Assembly (NCBI GenBank): GCA_040285825.1
Contig: JAUPSS010000004.1
Coordinates: 4,059,784-4,123,783 of the forward strand
Length of the DNA: 64,000 nt
Source of the DNA: Eukaryota sp. TZLM1-RC
Taxonomy: Eukaryota > Protista > Metamonada: BaSk clade
Direction: 5' to 3'
Position numbers and translations under genes: made by a program. The notes under the pieces were generated by a model, which was not told the DNA's origin, did no database searches, and saw only the letters and a program-made list of their open reading frames with translations. Positions 23,440 to 35,597 of this stretch are shown here, piece by piece (positions within the stretch are counted from its first letter, which is position 1; each line of letters starts with the position of its first letter).

Positions 23440-23708
23440 CTCCAGGAAGACAATGGGCAGATGTCCACAATTTTTTCTCCTATGAGAATGACAACATCCG
23501 AAAGTGTAAACATATTATGAATAGATACTGTTGATTTGAATTATTGCTAGTGGAATGGATTTTAAAAGAATTCCCCGGACTTCCTGCAAGTCATTGAGGT
23601 GAATGGTTCAAATTTTGAACTTCAAAATAGATGAAATAGGAGGAAAATCTCTCACTTCCCAAACTCAAATACAAAATCCGTCCTATCCATTGTACTTGAC
23701 GATATCTG
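23440..23708 (+). mobile_element. Diverged Fanzor right-end remnant (copy D) with omegaRNA-like end
   Basis: TGAATGGTTCAAA, GGAGGAAAATCTCTCACTTCCCAAACTCA and CATTGTACTTGACGATATCTG align in order with the ends of copies A-C. Upstream VHNFFSYEN...CKHIMNR resembles the Zn-ribbon/NRD region. Confidence 0.75.
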
Positions 23709-23713
23709 CCAGA

Positions 23714-25443
23714 ATGACAATGCATCTCGAACCCCCTCAACAGGCAACCTTTGTTGCCAAGAAGCTCCCCAAGTTTACTGCTGAACAACGTGAAGCTATT
23801 CTTGAGCAAACTGATTACAATGTCTTCAACTTTCCTGCTTCTATGGTAACTGTCGATCTTCTCACCGACTCTGGAACCGGTGCTTTATATCAAAATCAGA
23901 TGGCCTCATTGTTCATGGGAGACGAATCCTACGCACGGAACAATTGGTATGTTGCTTTAAATGTGTTCATTGCAGGTATTATGCATTCTTAGATGCTATG
24001 CGTGATTTCACCACTCGCGGTGACAATCCCAAGAAGCGTTACCTTCAACTTTTCGAAGGTGCCCCTACTTATGAACAAATGAAGAATTTGTTTACTGATG
24101 AAAACAATGAGGTTGGGGGATTTGTAAATGGAGGTGTACATCAATTAACTGATCCTAACATATGGCTTCTCCCTCAAGGCCGCGTTTGTGAACAAATGTT
24201 TGTGCTTTATATATTCACCACAGCTTGTTTTCCTCGCTGAAACAGTACTGCCAGGATATCGAAAACCCCATCGCCCTTTCTAATGGTTTCTTTGATACCA
24301 CACGTGCCAATTCCCAAGTTTGTTCTTTCTTACTTCATTCACTTTAGGTTCAAGGCTTTGAAACTATTGATCTTTTCTCTAAAGACATTTCTGCAGATTT
24401 TCCTGTTGATAAGGTTGGAGTCGAGAATCCTTTCCGTGGTGACATTGATGTCTCTGAACTTACTCGCATGCTGGAAGAAAACCCAGGTAAGGTTGCCATC
24501 ATTGTAATGACCCTCACCAACAATACTGGTATGTGTAATCATAATACTAACTCAAGGTTCTGCTCAACCAGTCAGTATGGAAAATATGAAAAAAGTTCGT
24601 GAAATTGCTGATAAGTACGAGGTTCCTCTATGGATCGATGGAGCACGTATCGCTGACAATTGTGCTTTTGTCAAGAAGTTTGAGCCTGGATTTGAAAACC
24701 TCAGTATTCCCGAAATTCTTCGCCAAACATTTGCCTTGTGTGATGGATTCCACATCTCCCTAAAAAAGGCCCTTTGTCACATTGGTGGAGTAATGTGTGT
24801 ACGTCATGACGGTCCCTTCCTCCGCAAGTACCCAGGAATCAACCATTTGTTCAAAAAGCTCCAAATTATCCAAGTAGGAAACGATTCATATGGTGCTCTC
24901 AGTGGTGCTGCCATCGCCCAAATTACTTGCAGTTTGTATCAAGTTGTACGTGAAGATTACCTTTACGCCCGCCTTGCCCTCACTGAGTATCTAGCTGTCG
25001 AACTTGCCAAGAAGAATATCCCTGTTACTCTCCCTCCTGGTGGCCATGCTGTTTACATTGATGTTAACAAGATGTTTCCCAATGCCAAATGGGATGATTA
25101 TAAGGGCGTTGGACTTGTGTCTGAGTTACTAAGGTTGTACGGTATTCGTGGCTGTGAATTGGGTTACGCAGCAGTATGTTTTTATCAATTTAGTCATTAA
25201 TTTTAGTGGGAATTGGATAACAAGGTTGGAGAAGATGGAACATTGCCCGAAAAACTACCTCCTAATCTTGTAAGACTTGCTATCCCAGCCAATGTTTATA
25301 GTGAGGAACACATGGACTATGTTGTTGCAGCCATTGATCAACTTAACAACAACAAGTCTTCTGTCCCCTCCTTCACCATCGGTCGGGGTAAGAATATCGA
25401 ACTACGTCATTTTGTTTGTGGTTACTCAAAGAAGGAAAATTAG
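23714..25443 (+). CDS. Tryptophanase / tyrosine phenol-lyase family PLP enzyme, five introns (23947-23975, 24198-24223, 24318-24347, 24529-24556, 25174-25206)
   Basis: DLLTDSGT, GDESYA, QGR..E, SNGFFDTTRAN, TNNTGSAQPVSM, DGARIADN, ISLKK (PLP Lys), PPGGHAVY, VRLAIP, LRHF. Splicing restores one frame. Confidence 0.93.
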
Positions 25444-25915
25444 ATGTTTATCGTGTATAAATTATAGTTGTAAGTCTTTTTTCCATTGTATCTAGCTCGA
25501 TACCATGTGTTATATCATGGGACTGACCAAGTTCAGTTTTTGTTGTTTGTTTCAAAGAAAATAATGTCACCCAAACTACATCAGCAATGCTGGACGGTAT
25601 GCATTATAAGAGGGGACAGTGTAGTCCTGATACCTAAATACCTAACCATGGAAAAGGCTTAGAATTATGATACACCATAACAGGACGTATCTCAACGGAT
25701 GTCATTATGCACAGCTAAACTAAGCTGTGAGTTCATAGAAATATTTAAGTACTTCAATACTTAGATCAAACAGAAACGGTTATGGTAGAAGATACAATGA
25801 GAACGAATAGCACCTCTGAGTCAATAGATTGATGTATATGTGGGAGAATTCAATGAAAGTAGATGGGTTGCATTTGGATTCATCATGTACAAATTCTTCT
25901 TTTTCCTCGTTTGAA

Positions 25916-26494
25916 ATGCCACCCAAAGTTGATCCTACTCAACTAGTTCAAAGTATGATCTCCACTATCACTAACATTAGTCTATGTACGTGTTGTTGGT
26001 GGTGAGGCTGGTGCTGCCAGTAGTTTAGCTCCCAAAGGTAAGCCATTTCCCCCAGTGATGATCTCATCTTAGTCGGTCCCCTTGGTCTTTCTCCCAAGGT
26101 CATCGGTGACCAACTGGCTGCCGCAACCAAGGAGTATATGGGTCTCCGTGTCCGTGTCCGTTTAGATATCCAAAACAGAAAAGCAACATGTGTGCCTGAA
26201 CCAAGTGCTTCTACTCTCATTATTAAAGCTTTAAAGGAACCCGTGAGGGATCGCAAAAAGGTCAAAAATGTTCTCCATAACGGTGACCTTTCACTCCGTG
26301 ATGTTATCGGTGTTGCTGAGGAATGTAGAGATCGCAGTATGTCCGTTCATTTCGCTGGTACTTTGAAGGAGATCTTTGGAACTTGTCGTGCAATTGGTTG
26401 CACCATTGATGGCCAATCTCCTCAAGATTGGATTGAACAAATCAACGAGTCTGAACTCACAACCAAGGAAGAAATTGAAGCCCAATTCTGTTAA
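25916..26494 (+). CDS. RPL12: 60S ribosomal protein L12 (uL11), introns 25953-25980 and 26038-26072
   Basis: MPPKVDP...[26 protein letters not shown]...PSASTLIIKALKEPVRDRKKVKN. Confidence 0.97.
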
Positions 26495-26724
26495 TTATTT
26501 CATGTTATTCTGCATTAGTTTCTGCATAGTTTTCACAATCCCAGAAGAGTTAATAAATGGTTCAACGGCGTCTTGTGTGTTTTTTCTTATAAAACAAAAA
26601 CTCTTTAATTAATTTGCATTTTTAATCGAAATTGATTCAATTGATTGATTATTTAAATACTCTACTATTCAAAATTATTTATTTTGAAACGTAAACAAAA
26701 CAACGAAACAAAAGACTAGAACTC

Positions 26725-27930
26725 AACAAAGAACTTGTTCTCTTCTTCACAATTTGGTGGTGTTGGCTTTACCAAATCATCAATTCTTTGTCAAGCAGCT
26801 TTTGTTAATGGTGAAAAAATTGTATTTTTGAATTTCTCAATCGTTTTCCTGAGGATAGCCATTTGCTTTATCCATCTTTTCAAAATATTGGTATGATTTT
26901 GATGTTGCTATTAATAATATTGCACCAGAAATGTGGTGTCAATGTTTTCCCGACTCAGTTCAAGAGATTCCTCCACAAAATATAGTTAATTTAAGGTATT
27001 GTGTGAAGAAGCTTCAACAAAAACTGACAGTAATATTTGAAGGCTTGGATTATGAAGTACGTCTTGGCATGGCCAAGCAAAAAAATCCCTCGTTTTCATA
27101 TTTTTTACTGGATGTTTGTGATAGTTTTGCCTCTTGTCTAATTAATCAACTACCAAGAATTTGTGGTTTGTTTCTAAATAACCCTTGCTTTTTATTATCT
27201 ATGCGTCTTCGATCTCTTATTTGGCCTCATAATCTTCCTCATGATTTATTTTGTAAATGTGGAAAGACTGTCACTCCAACCCATTTATTTAATTGTAATC
27301 GCTTTATTACTCTTAGATCAAAATTGCATGATGCAGTCCGTGATCAGCTCTATTGTATGTTTAAGTCCTACAAGATTGAATCATTTTTAGAACCTTTGCT
27401 TTCAAATCTGGCTGATGAATCTGACAGAAATTCTTTTGGTGACAGCCGTGCTGATGTGCTAGTTCCCGGACTTGATGGATCAATGATCATTATTGATGTC
27501 AGATCTACTGATGTTTCAAACAGCTCAAATGAAAAACGGGCACAAACTTATAATTCACCCTTACGTTGAGCTGAAGAAGCGAAAATTATCAAGTACACAG
27601 AAATAATCAATAATCTGAACTCCAACTCACATACACAATACCTTCTTTGTCCTTTTGCTTTTTCTTTATTTGGAACCTTGGGTAAAACTGCGTTATTTTT
27701 TTTTCGACGATTTCTCATTTATTGTCAAAAACAGACCTGGAAGAATATCTGACTGAACCTTTTGGCAAAACAGAATTGTATTTTCTATTTTTAAGGGAAT
27801 GCATAGCCTTGTTCTCATTAGAAAGTATTTATCAAGAAAAAGCTGTAGGTCAATTTTCAATGGTAGGTTTGAAGTTTGAGGAAATTGATTTTTAGATTTT
27901 AACAATTTCGTTTGAAATAGAAAAATTCTC
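26725..27930 (+). mobile_element. 5'-truncated degraded CRE-like LINE
   Basis: GGVGFTKSSIL, CKCG..THLFNC..RSKLHDAVRD, EPLL, RADVLVPGLDG..IIDV. Homologous to 45131-46312. Confidence 0.88.
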
Positions 27931-28255
27931 ACCTTGGAAAAGTTTTAATTAAAAAGTTTTATTTAAATAGTTATTTAAATAGTTTTAATTAAAAAGTTTT
28001 ATTTAAACAACTACTTTAGCTCAAAAATCAATTGTTTTATTAACAATTCGTTATTCTTCAACCTACTTTACTTTTCTTCGTACTACTGTATTGCCTAACC
28101 TAAATACTGAACTGTTTGCAACTAAACTTGCTCAAGAGTATTTTGGTAATGTCGATTGTGTAAGGAAATTTTCATCAAAGTGAAAAAGGGTAATAACTGT
28201 TGAAAACTGGTAATAAATTCATAAATTTGAACCACAACCCACAAAAACCATCCAT

Positions 28256-29830
28256 CTATTTTGAACCATCTACAAAACCAAACAAAATTCCGCTTCCAAA
28301 GCCGATCAAACCACCAGGAAGTCCACCAAAACCAAACCCCAAACAAGCGTTGCGTGTCCCCAAAAGAATTGAAGAAGAACCTTTTGAATTGGAAAAGTTA
28401 CCAAAAACAATTGATTCAAAAAGCACATTATACAATGACTTCGATGATGAAATTGACTTGGAATCACGTAAAGCACTATAGACATCATTAGCCAGCCAAA
28501 TTGCTCCAAAAGCAAAACCAATTTTGATAAAAGAAGTTTTTGCAAGAAATAATTTGGAATTGACCAATTTGGCCTTTTTTAGCAATTTTAATGCTAAAAT
28601 GGAACACTTTTGGACATTTAAAAACTTTTCCAAAGGATCAATATCATACTGGTAATTGAAATTTCCATTGTCAAATACAACATTGTTCAAAAATGAATTC
28701 ATTCTATTGACAGCATCAACATAGACGAAATTGTCAAAATCGGAAGATTTTGACTTAAAGAGATTCTTTAGTCTAGACAAACGACCGGGTTTGTCCTTCG
28801 TTGACGCCAATTTTGAAACTAAATCACATTGAGCAATAAAATGATGTTGTGTCAAAATTTGAAAGTTAGGCGACTGAAGAGTTGAACATGAAGAGAAGCG
28901 ATCAGAGTTGAGATCACTCAAAATTTGGTGACAACTTAGCTTGAAAGCGATAATGCAATGATGATCATCAGAAAAATTTTCATTCAAAAATTCCATTTGC
29001 AATTCAAAACCAAGTAAAATTAAATCAATCGAGATACCCTTTTTAAATAAAGAATTAGTGGCTTTGACATAAATACTTCTAATTAAAAGTACAAGTGAAT
29101 GAAAAGATGAAATATTTGATAATCTGAATATTTCGTCAGCAAAATTCTGTTCTAAAGCATCAAAATTTTGAAATTTTGAAACATTTTGAACTAGTTCGAC
29201 GCCCACAGATCTGAATTGATGCAAAACAAAAGCTTGGTTAATCTCCAACGGAAGAAAACTGAAAAAAAGAGATCTTCCTCCAGAATGCCAGACACGTGAC
29301 AAGTAGAGATCACCAAAATTTGATCCAACTGTTAGTAAAATTGACAAAATGCTCCTAATCTGGCTATTGCCTAAAGGAAAATTACCCGCAACCTCCAGCT
29401 TACCAAGAAGATGAGCAATAACAATTGCTAAATCACCTGAGGAATTAGAAGAACTTAGCGAACCATGAAGAGTGTTAGCTAGTTCTTTAAGTACAAGACG
29501 TGGCCAGTGTGTTAGAAGGTGTGAAAAAAGGCTAGTAGTGGGGAGAGGTACACAAAGAAGGGATGAATTGCAGATAGAGGAAAAGACAATGTCCATGTCG
29601 GCTATGGAGTCAGGTAGGCTATGGAGAATGATTCTGCTGAGAGGCAATGCAAGATTCATTGAAAAAGGGTTGGGGCTAGTGGAAGTTAATAGGGGATAAA
29701 AGACCTAGCAATGTGAAGGACAATGAAGCGGAGACCCCTGGGAGGGTCGTAGTAGAGTAAAAGAGGCAGGTGTGTACTTATCTACAGGCCATGTAGATTT
29801 GTAAAATTCGTGCTCAAAATCCAAAATCAT
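28256..29830 (-). CDS. Hypothetical protein with Gly-rich hydrophobic C-terminus; predicted intron 29676-29704
   Basis: 467-aa ORF. A 29-nt GT..AG intron joins it in frame to an upstream exon starting at ATG 29830. C-terminal LGFGFGGLPGGLIGFGSGILFG. Confidence 0.7.
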
Positions 29831-30129
29831 TCTTGTTGAAAAGAAATCTACTTACTGTGGTTGAATATCTATAAAACACCACTGCTTTTATCTTTGCCTG
29901 TGAAATTTTAATTATAATTTGTCAAACTGATCAGTAATTATAGAAACTGTCTAAGCTTTATCCTAAATCATCTTGGATTTTAGTTTAATTCAATCTTTCT
30001 TTTAGTATATTCATCAATAAATGTTTCATAAAGTATAAAATTCTTTGAAATTCTAAAGATGACAAGAGAAAGGTGAAAAGAAATATTAATTTCTATTACG
30101 TCTATTATTATTATTAGGTGTTTATTACA

Positions 30130-30951
30130 CTAAAACTTTTTCAACCCCTGCCTTGATTGGATAGTCTGTAATCTGGATATACTACCACTGGCTCTGCCAC
30201 TGCCAAAATTTGTCTTACTTTTTGATGAAGACCCTGAAAATTTCAACCATGAGCTCTTTTTTGATTGTGTAACCTTATCAAGCTCTTCTTCTTGCTTCTT
30301 CCGCTTCAAATCTCTCTCTTCAAAGGCTTTTTGTCTCTTTTCACCAGCACTGAGAGTTAGCCTATGAACTGCTTCTTTTTTTGATTCTGGAACCGGTTGG
30401 ATAAATTCAGCCTTGACCTGCTCAAAATTGTTATAAGAAAGAAACTCAACCAAATAGGAAGATTCCTTACTGCTAAAGCTCCGTTGAATTCTTGCTGGAT
30501 AAAACTTCTTATCTTGCGAATAACGTGCTAATACAAGATCTCCGGGTGAGAAGAAGCGACCTTCTGGGTGTGGTTCAACTTCCTGAGCTTCCTTACTCAA
30601 CTTGATAAGAGGGCCAAGCTCAACAAGCCTAAGAGTTAAGGATTCATCATCAGAATCAACAACAACAGCTTCGGCATTTTGTCCTTTGTAGCGAGCCATA
30701 CAGCGACTTCCTACAGTAAAAACGGACTCGTCCAGTGGTTCATCGGGTGGAGGTGACTTTGGCTTTTCCTGAACTGGTGTAGAACTACTTTCAGATGATG
30801 AGGTTGATAGCGTACCTTTAAGTAAAGAAAGCTTCTCGTCAATCTTTGCAAGTAGATTCAGAAGCTTTTGGTCTGAAGGTGATGTATCTAAAAGCTTGAG
30901 CAGAGACTCTCGCTTTGAAGTGAGTTGTTGTATTATTGCCCCTGCATCCAT
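30130..30951 (-). CDS. SPF30/SMNDC1-like Tudor-domain splicing factor
   Basis: N-terminal helical hairpin (L...PSDQKLLNL), Tudor folds (VGSRCMARY; GDLVLARYSQDKKFYPARI..YLVEF..YNN.E.V), Lys-rich tail with KSSWLKF. Confidence 0.8.
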   Translation of the reverse strand: MDAGAIIQQLTSKRESLLKLLDTSPSDQKLLNLLAKIDEKLSLLKGTLSTSSSESSSTPVQEKPKSPPPDEPLDESVFTVGSRCMARYKGQNAEAVVVDSDDESLTLRLVELGPLIKLSKEAQEVEPHPEGRFFSPGDLVLARYSQDKKFYPARIQRSFSSKESSYLVEFLSYNNFEQVKAEFIQPVPESKKEAVHRLTLSAGEKRQKAFEERDLKRKKQEEELDKVTQSKKSSWLKFSGSSSKSKTNFGSGRASGSISRLQTIQSRQGLKKF

Positions 30952-30957
30952 TTGCTA

Positions 30958-31110
30958 CAGATATTGTCTATAACAATGAAACAAGTGTCCTTTTTACACC
31001 AATGAAGAGACCAAGTTTTTGGGAAGTGGAGGAATATTTTCTCCTTGACACCTTTTCCTCTGAACCTTCATCAACCTTGGCTCTCTGTCAGTATACCGGG
31101 TCTATTTCCA
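30958..31110 (-). ncRNA. Predicted omegaRNA scaffold, copy B; guide would be TAGCAA-ATG-GAT-GCA...
   Basis: Same conserved hairpin-rich end as copies A and C. Confidence 0.65.
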
Positions 31111-32878
31111 CCTTTTACATGTGCTTTTATCACAGCCAACATATTCAGCGAAGCATTTCGATCTCTATTTCACAAACTTTCGCATGATTTACACATGGTA
31201 AGCCCGTAACGAATAGACATCTCATGTCTCTTCCATGGCCTAGGATTTTTGCATTATCGGAATCTTTCAACTTTTTTCTCCGCTTTCTTACAGTTGAAAC
31301 AACAGCAACTGGTTCGAAGCTCATCAATTAAAAAGACCTTAAAACCAGCCTTTTTAAATAGAATTCTGAACCCTTTTCCTTTGGTAGGTTCTTTGATTTT
31401 CATGTGTTTTCGTTGTTCCTCGTCTCCGACTCCAATAACTACTTGACCTGGATCACCAATTACTGATTTGAATCTCTGAATCATCTTCGCCTCAGATCTT
31501 GTGCGATTAATCTCAGCCCACCATCTTAGTTTCCTAAGTTATTTTTGATGATAGACTTCACCAACAATACTATTCACAAAATTCTTTTGTTTAATATAGG
31601 CCATAAATCTATCAAACCTGCAGCGTTTGGAATTGAATTGGGATAATGTTGTTTCCCATTCTGCTACAGATTTAGTTTTTTGTTCATTATTTCTCAAATT
31701 GAATGAGTAATCAATTTCGTGGGGAATATTGCTTTCTTGAGGTACTTTTCCTCTTAATAAACTAATTGTTCTTTCAGTCATTTGATTAATTATACTGCTG
31801 TTTAAATCCATCCTTTGTTGTTTCTCTTCAGATGGTTCATATTTGGATAGATCAATCACTCTATCAGTAGAGTTACTTAATGTGATCAGAGTGTCATTCC
31901 GTATGATGTCTCTTATTTTTTTGGATTTGGAACTTTTCGACTCAAATCTTCGTTGATTTTGAGTGTACCTAAAATGAACATATTGATCTCTCTCAGGTTT
32001 TTTTGAATGAGTCATTCCAGTAGCTAAATTGGCAGAAATACAGAGTAGATCAGATTTCCCTGGATCAGTAGCTGCAAGGGTCCTATCTTGGAATTCAGAA
32101 GGATTGATGTTGGGGTCATCAATATACTTTTCTTTATCTTTTAATTCTTTTGCAGTTACTTTGTACTTTTTCAAGTCCATTCTAGATTGAATGAAACTTA
32201 CTGCTATTCCATCAGTCTCGATACTAGACATCCTGTACTTTGAATTTTCTGAATAAAGTTTAGTGTTTTGAATCTTATCCATTTTTAAAGAGGTATTCCA
32301 TAAAAACAAATCAGCAGCTTGATTATTGCATTGGTAAAAAAACCTTGGACCAAGAATGTCCTTGAATTGGGCAAAGAACAAGTCCAACAAACTTGTCTTG
32401 TCAATTCTGATATACGAGGGAATACAAGAATTCGTCAAAGGCAGAGCATGAAAGAATTTGCTCTCCTCATATTCTAGATAATTATTGATATAAAACATTG
32501 CCCCCAAATACAAATTTGATTTTGATGAAAAATCAAATTTTGAATACTTTTCCCTTTTAGTAGTGGGAAGTAAGAGAGGGATCCGGTCATTAATGAAAAG
32601 CGAAGTAATTGATGAGACTTTGTTTCTCATTGCAGAAGTTTCACCATCAATATCTCTACATCCCTCTAGATGGAGAGGTTCAACTTTACTGATGAATGAT
32701 GAGAAGTTTTTCTTATCTTGCTTTTTCAGAACATTGTTGTTTCTCTTAACATCATAGAGAACATCAACAAACCGATTCAAGTAATCAAAGTAGTGCCCTG
32801 GGATGTTATTTGTGAAATTCACAATCAGTTTGTCAATTGTGTAATACAAAATATAACTGATTCCCTTTTTTGATAAAA
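30958..32878 (-). mobile_element. Fanzor element copy B, 5'-truncated
   Basis: 436-codon open frame 31539-32849 with IETDG and TDPGK. After the TAA: LRKLRW, GD.EQRKH, LIDELRTSCCCFNC, C..C, NRDRNASLN. Ends CAATATCTGT. Confidence 0.92.
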
Positions 32879-33339
32879 AATAGGTAGCACTTACTTACTT
32901 TTAACATCCATGTTGATGGTCCAGAAATGAACCATTTAATTCGTTTTATTCCTCCAAATTTGAGCACTCACTATGTCAAACAGTATTTGACTAAAAGAAC
33001 TCAGTTTTTGGGGTCAGTACTAAACATCAATAATATTGATGATACTTCCTTCAAGCTTTTAAGTTGCATAATTATTTCGCATAATAACTCGTTCATCTAT
33101 TTCATCAAATGCTGCGTTTTTAGGTGGAATCAAGAACTTCATGTATGAAATTGCTCTAAGGTTTCCATTTCAATGGATGTATTTAGTGTATAACTCTTCA
33201 GTTTTCAATATTTTTTTATTTATTCCAACAAAAACAAACTATACGACAAGGTTAAAATTCTATGTCTTCATAACCCAAATCAGCCAAGAAGAATTGACTG
33301 GAGGTTTGTCCTTCATAAAAGCGTCCAAAAGATAACAAA

Positions 33340-34445
33340 GCTAAAGATAATATGGGAACAGCACCTTTCAAAATTAAAAATACAATTCTGTTTTGCCAAA
33401 AACTCTTCCAGTACGTTGTTTCACAATTTCAACAAAATCATCCAGAAAAGACAAAGCAAGAGGTCCAAGCGTTCCATGAAGGGAAACTGCAAATGGACAG
33501 AGGACATAATGAGTATGCGATTCCGCATTCAAGGATAACAATTTTGCTTTTTATTTGTCAATTTTGGCTTTTTCGGAAACAGTTAAGGGGTCCCTATATT
33601 TTGATTGAGCCATTGGAATAAAAGAATCATTACAGACATCAGTGGATCTCACATCTGTATCTCACATGGTAGTACCTTCAAGACCTTCAAGCATCAAATC
33701 ACCTGTATTTCGACCAAACGAATTCAAAGTATGTTCATCAACCAAACGGGAAAGTAATGGTTCTAAATAGGAAACAATTCTATGTGATTTTGACATACAA
33801 TAGAGTTGATCTCTTACTGCATCATGAACTTTTGATCGGAAAGTAATAAAATGTTTACAATTGAATAAATGATTTGGAGAAATTTTTGATCCACATTTAC
33901 AGATCAAATAATGAGGCACGTTATCAGGCCAAATACAACAACCAAGGCGCATTGTACAAGAAAATTCTGTATCATTTAAAAGAAGACCATAAATTTGAGG
34001 AATCTGAGTAATTAAACACGAAGAGGAATTGTTTTGGGCATCTAACAAAAAATTTATCTTTTTTGGCCAAGCCAAGACGAACATTAAAATCCAAGCCTTC
34101 AAAAATTATTGTTAACTTTTGTTGCAATTTTTTAACACAATATTTCAAATTAACTAGTGTTCTAGATGGTATTTCCTGCACATTGTCGGGAAAAAATTTA
34201 CTCCACATTTCGGAGGGCAGACTATCAAGAGCATTTTGTAGGTCTCTAAGAAAATTATTGCTTGTAAAATTCAATAAATTAACATCATTGGAAAAACGGT
34301 TGCAAAGTTCAAAAACAAAATTTGTCCCTCCACCAAGAAAAGCAACCTGACAGAGAATAGACGATTTAGTGAAATTAATTCCACCAAAATTAGATGATGA
34401 AAATACATGACTTCGAATTAGTTCAGGATTGACATCAATCAAAGA
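33340..34445 (-). mobile_element. 5'-truncated degraded CRE-like LINE
   Basis: GGINFTKSSIL, CKCG..HLFNCKHFITFRSKVHDAVRD, EPLL. Frameshifted. Confidence 0.88.
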
Positions 34446-34749
34446 AAGAGGAAGGAGGAAAGAAAACTCTTCTGCAGTTGCAATGAAATTTTTCATACCT
34501 TCCTAGAAAATTTCTCGAATGACTTCTGGAAAGAATTATTTTCTGCAAAAGGTGACGTTACCTGGATTGAAACTAAAGATTTACCAAACTTTTTAAGAAC
34601 TGTTCCTGAACTACAGAAGAAGATCATTAATATCGAGAAGCTGAATCACTGAACAACCAAATAAGCATGGCTAACAACTCCAGTGATTTTTCTTTGAAAT
34701 TATTTTGTCTTCTTTGTGTTGTGTGAATTCCTTTCAAAATAGTTCGTCT

Positions 34750-35400
34750 TGATTGATACCTCACGTTCCTTCCCGTTTTGAACTATTACTCTCAGTTATT
34801 CAATTTTTGACAGTCATGCGAATCAGACTTAATTTACCTCCTCCTCAATGCTTGTCAGATATGAATGTAGATTTGGTGCTTATGCTTCTTTTAATCACCT
34901 TATTTCCTGCAAATTCACTCAAAAAGATCAATTATATACAATGCGGTTAGTGATTGTATTTATGATCTCTTAAAATGTGCTCATCATCCAGTTCGTTTAG
35001 CACCTCTGTTTGATGAACTTAATTTCAGTTTGAGCCAAAAACGAGGTGACATTCAATGTGCTTATGATTATTGATTGTACCGTATCTCTATGGAAAAGAA
35101 GATCCAATTCTGACAATCAACTTTTACTCAAAGTTGCAGAGCTTTCCAAGTAATCAAAATACGAAGCCCTTCTACAACGTCTCAATTGAGCACGAGGCAG
35201 AAACATTAAATTTGTCCCAATTGTTATTTCTATTTTTGGTACCATTGGAAGCGAAGGTCTCAATTTTTTACATCTTTCAGGAAAACGTCTCAAAGAAAGA
35301 GTATATTAGATTTTTTGACTTGGAAAAACAGAATTGAATTTCGTTATTTAAAGCCCTTCCTCATTATATTGACACCATTTTGAATAACACAACTGAGTTT
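34750..35400 (+). pseudogene. Highly degraded CRE-like LINE 3' region (different subfamily)
   Basis: MRIRLNL, HL..C, RSII.NAVSD, PLFDEL, KRGDI remnants across frames. Confidence 0.55.
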
Positions 35401-35597
35401 TAAAACAAGCGAGTTGCTATTTAAGTGAATAGCGAAAATCTCCCGTCATTCAATTGATGGGGTTTAGATAGGTAAAACCTTTTAGTTAAGGTTTGTTGTT
35501 TAGTTTTTAAATGTGTCTGTTTCCGGAATAAATATCTTTTTTATGGATTGAAAATATAATACATTTTTTTGATACTCTGCTTTACAGTCCACCATCA

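Noticed and set aside
23702-23713. ATATCTG as a general host initiator or Kozak motif
   Set aside because: It is absent upstream of the other genes checked (RPL12, GOT1, TBC, CSD, DCP1-like, NAA30). Before an ATG it appears only together with element-derived sequence.
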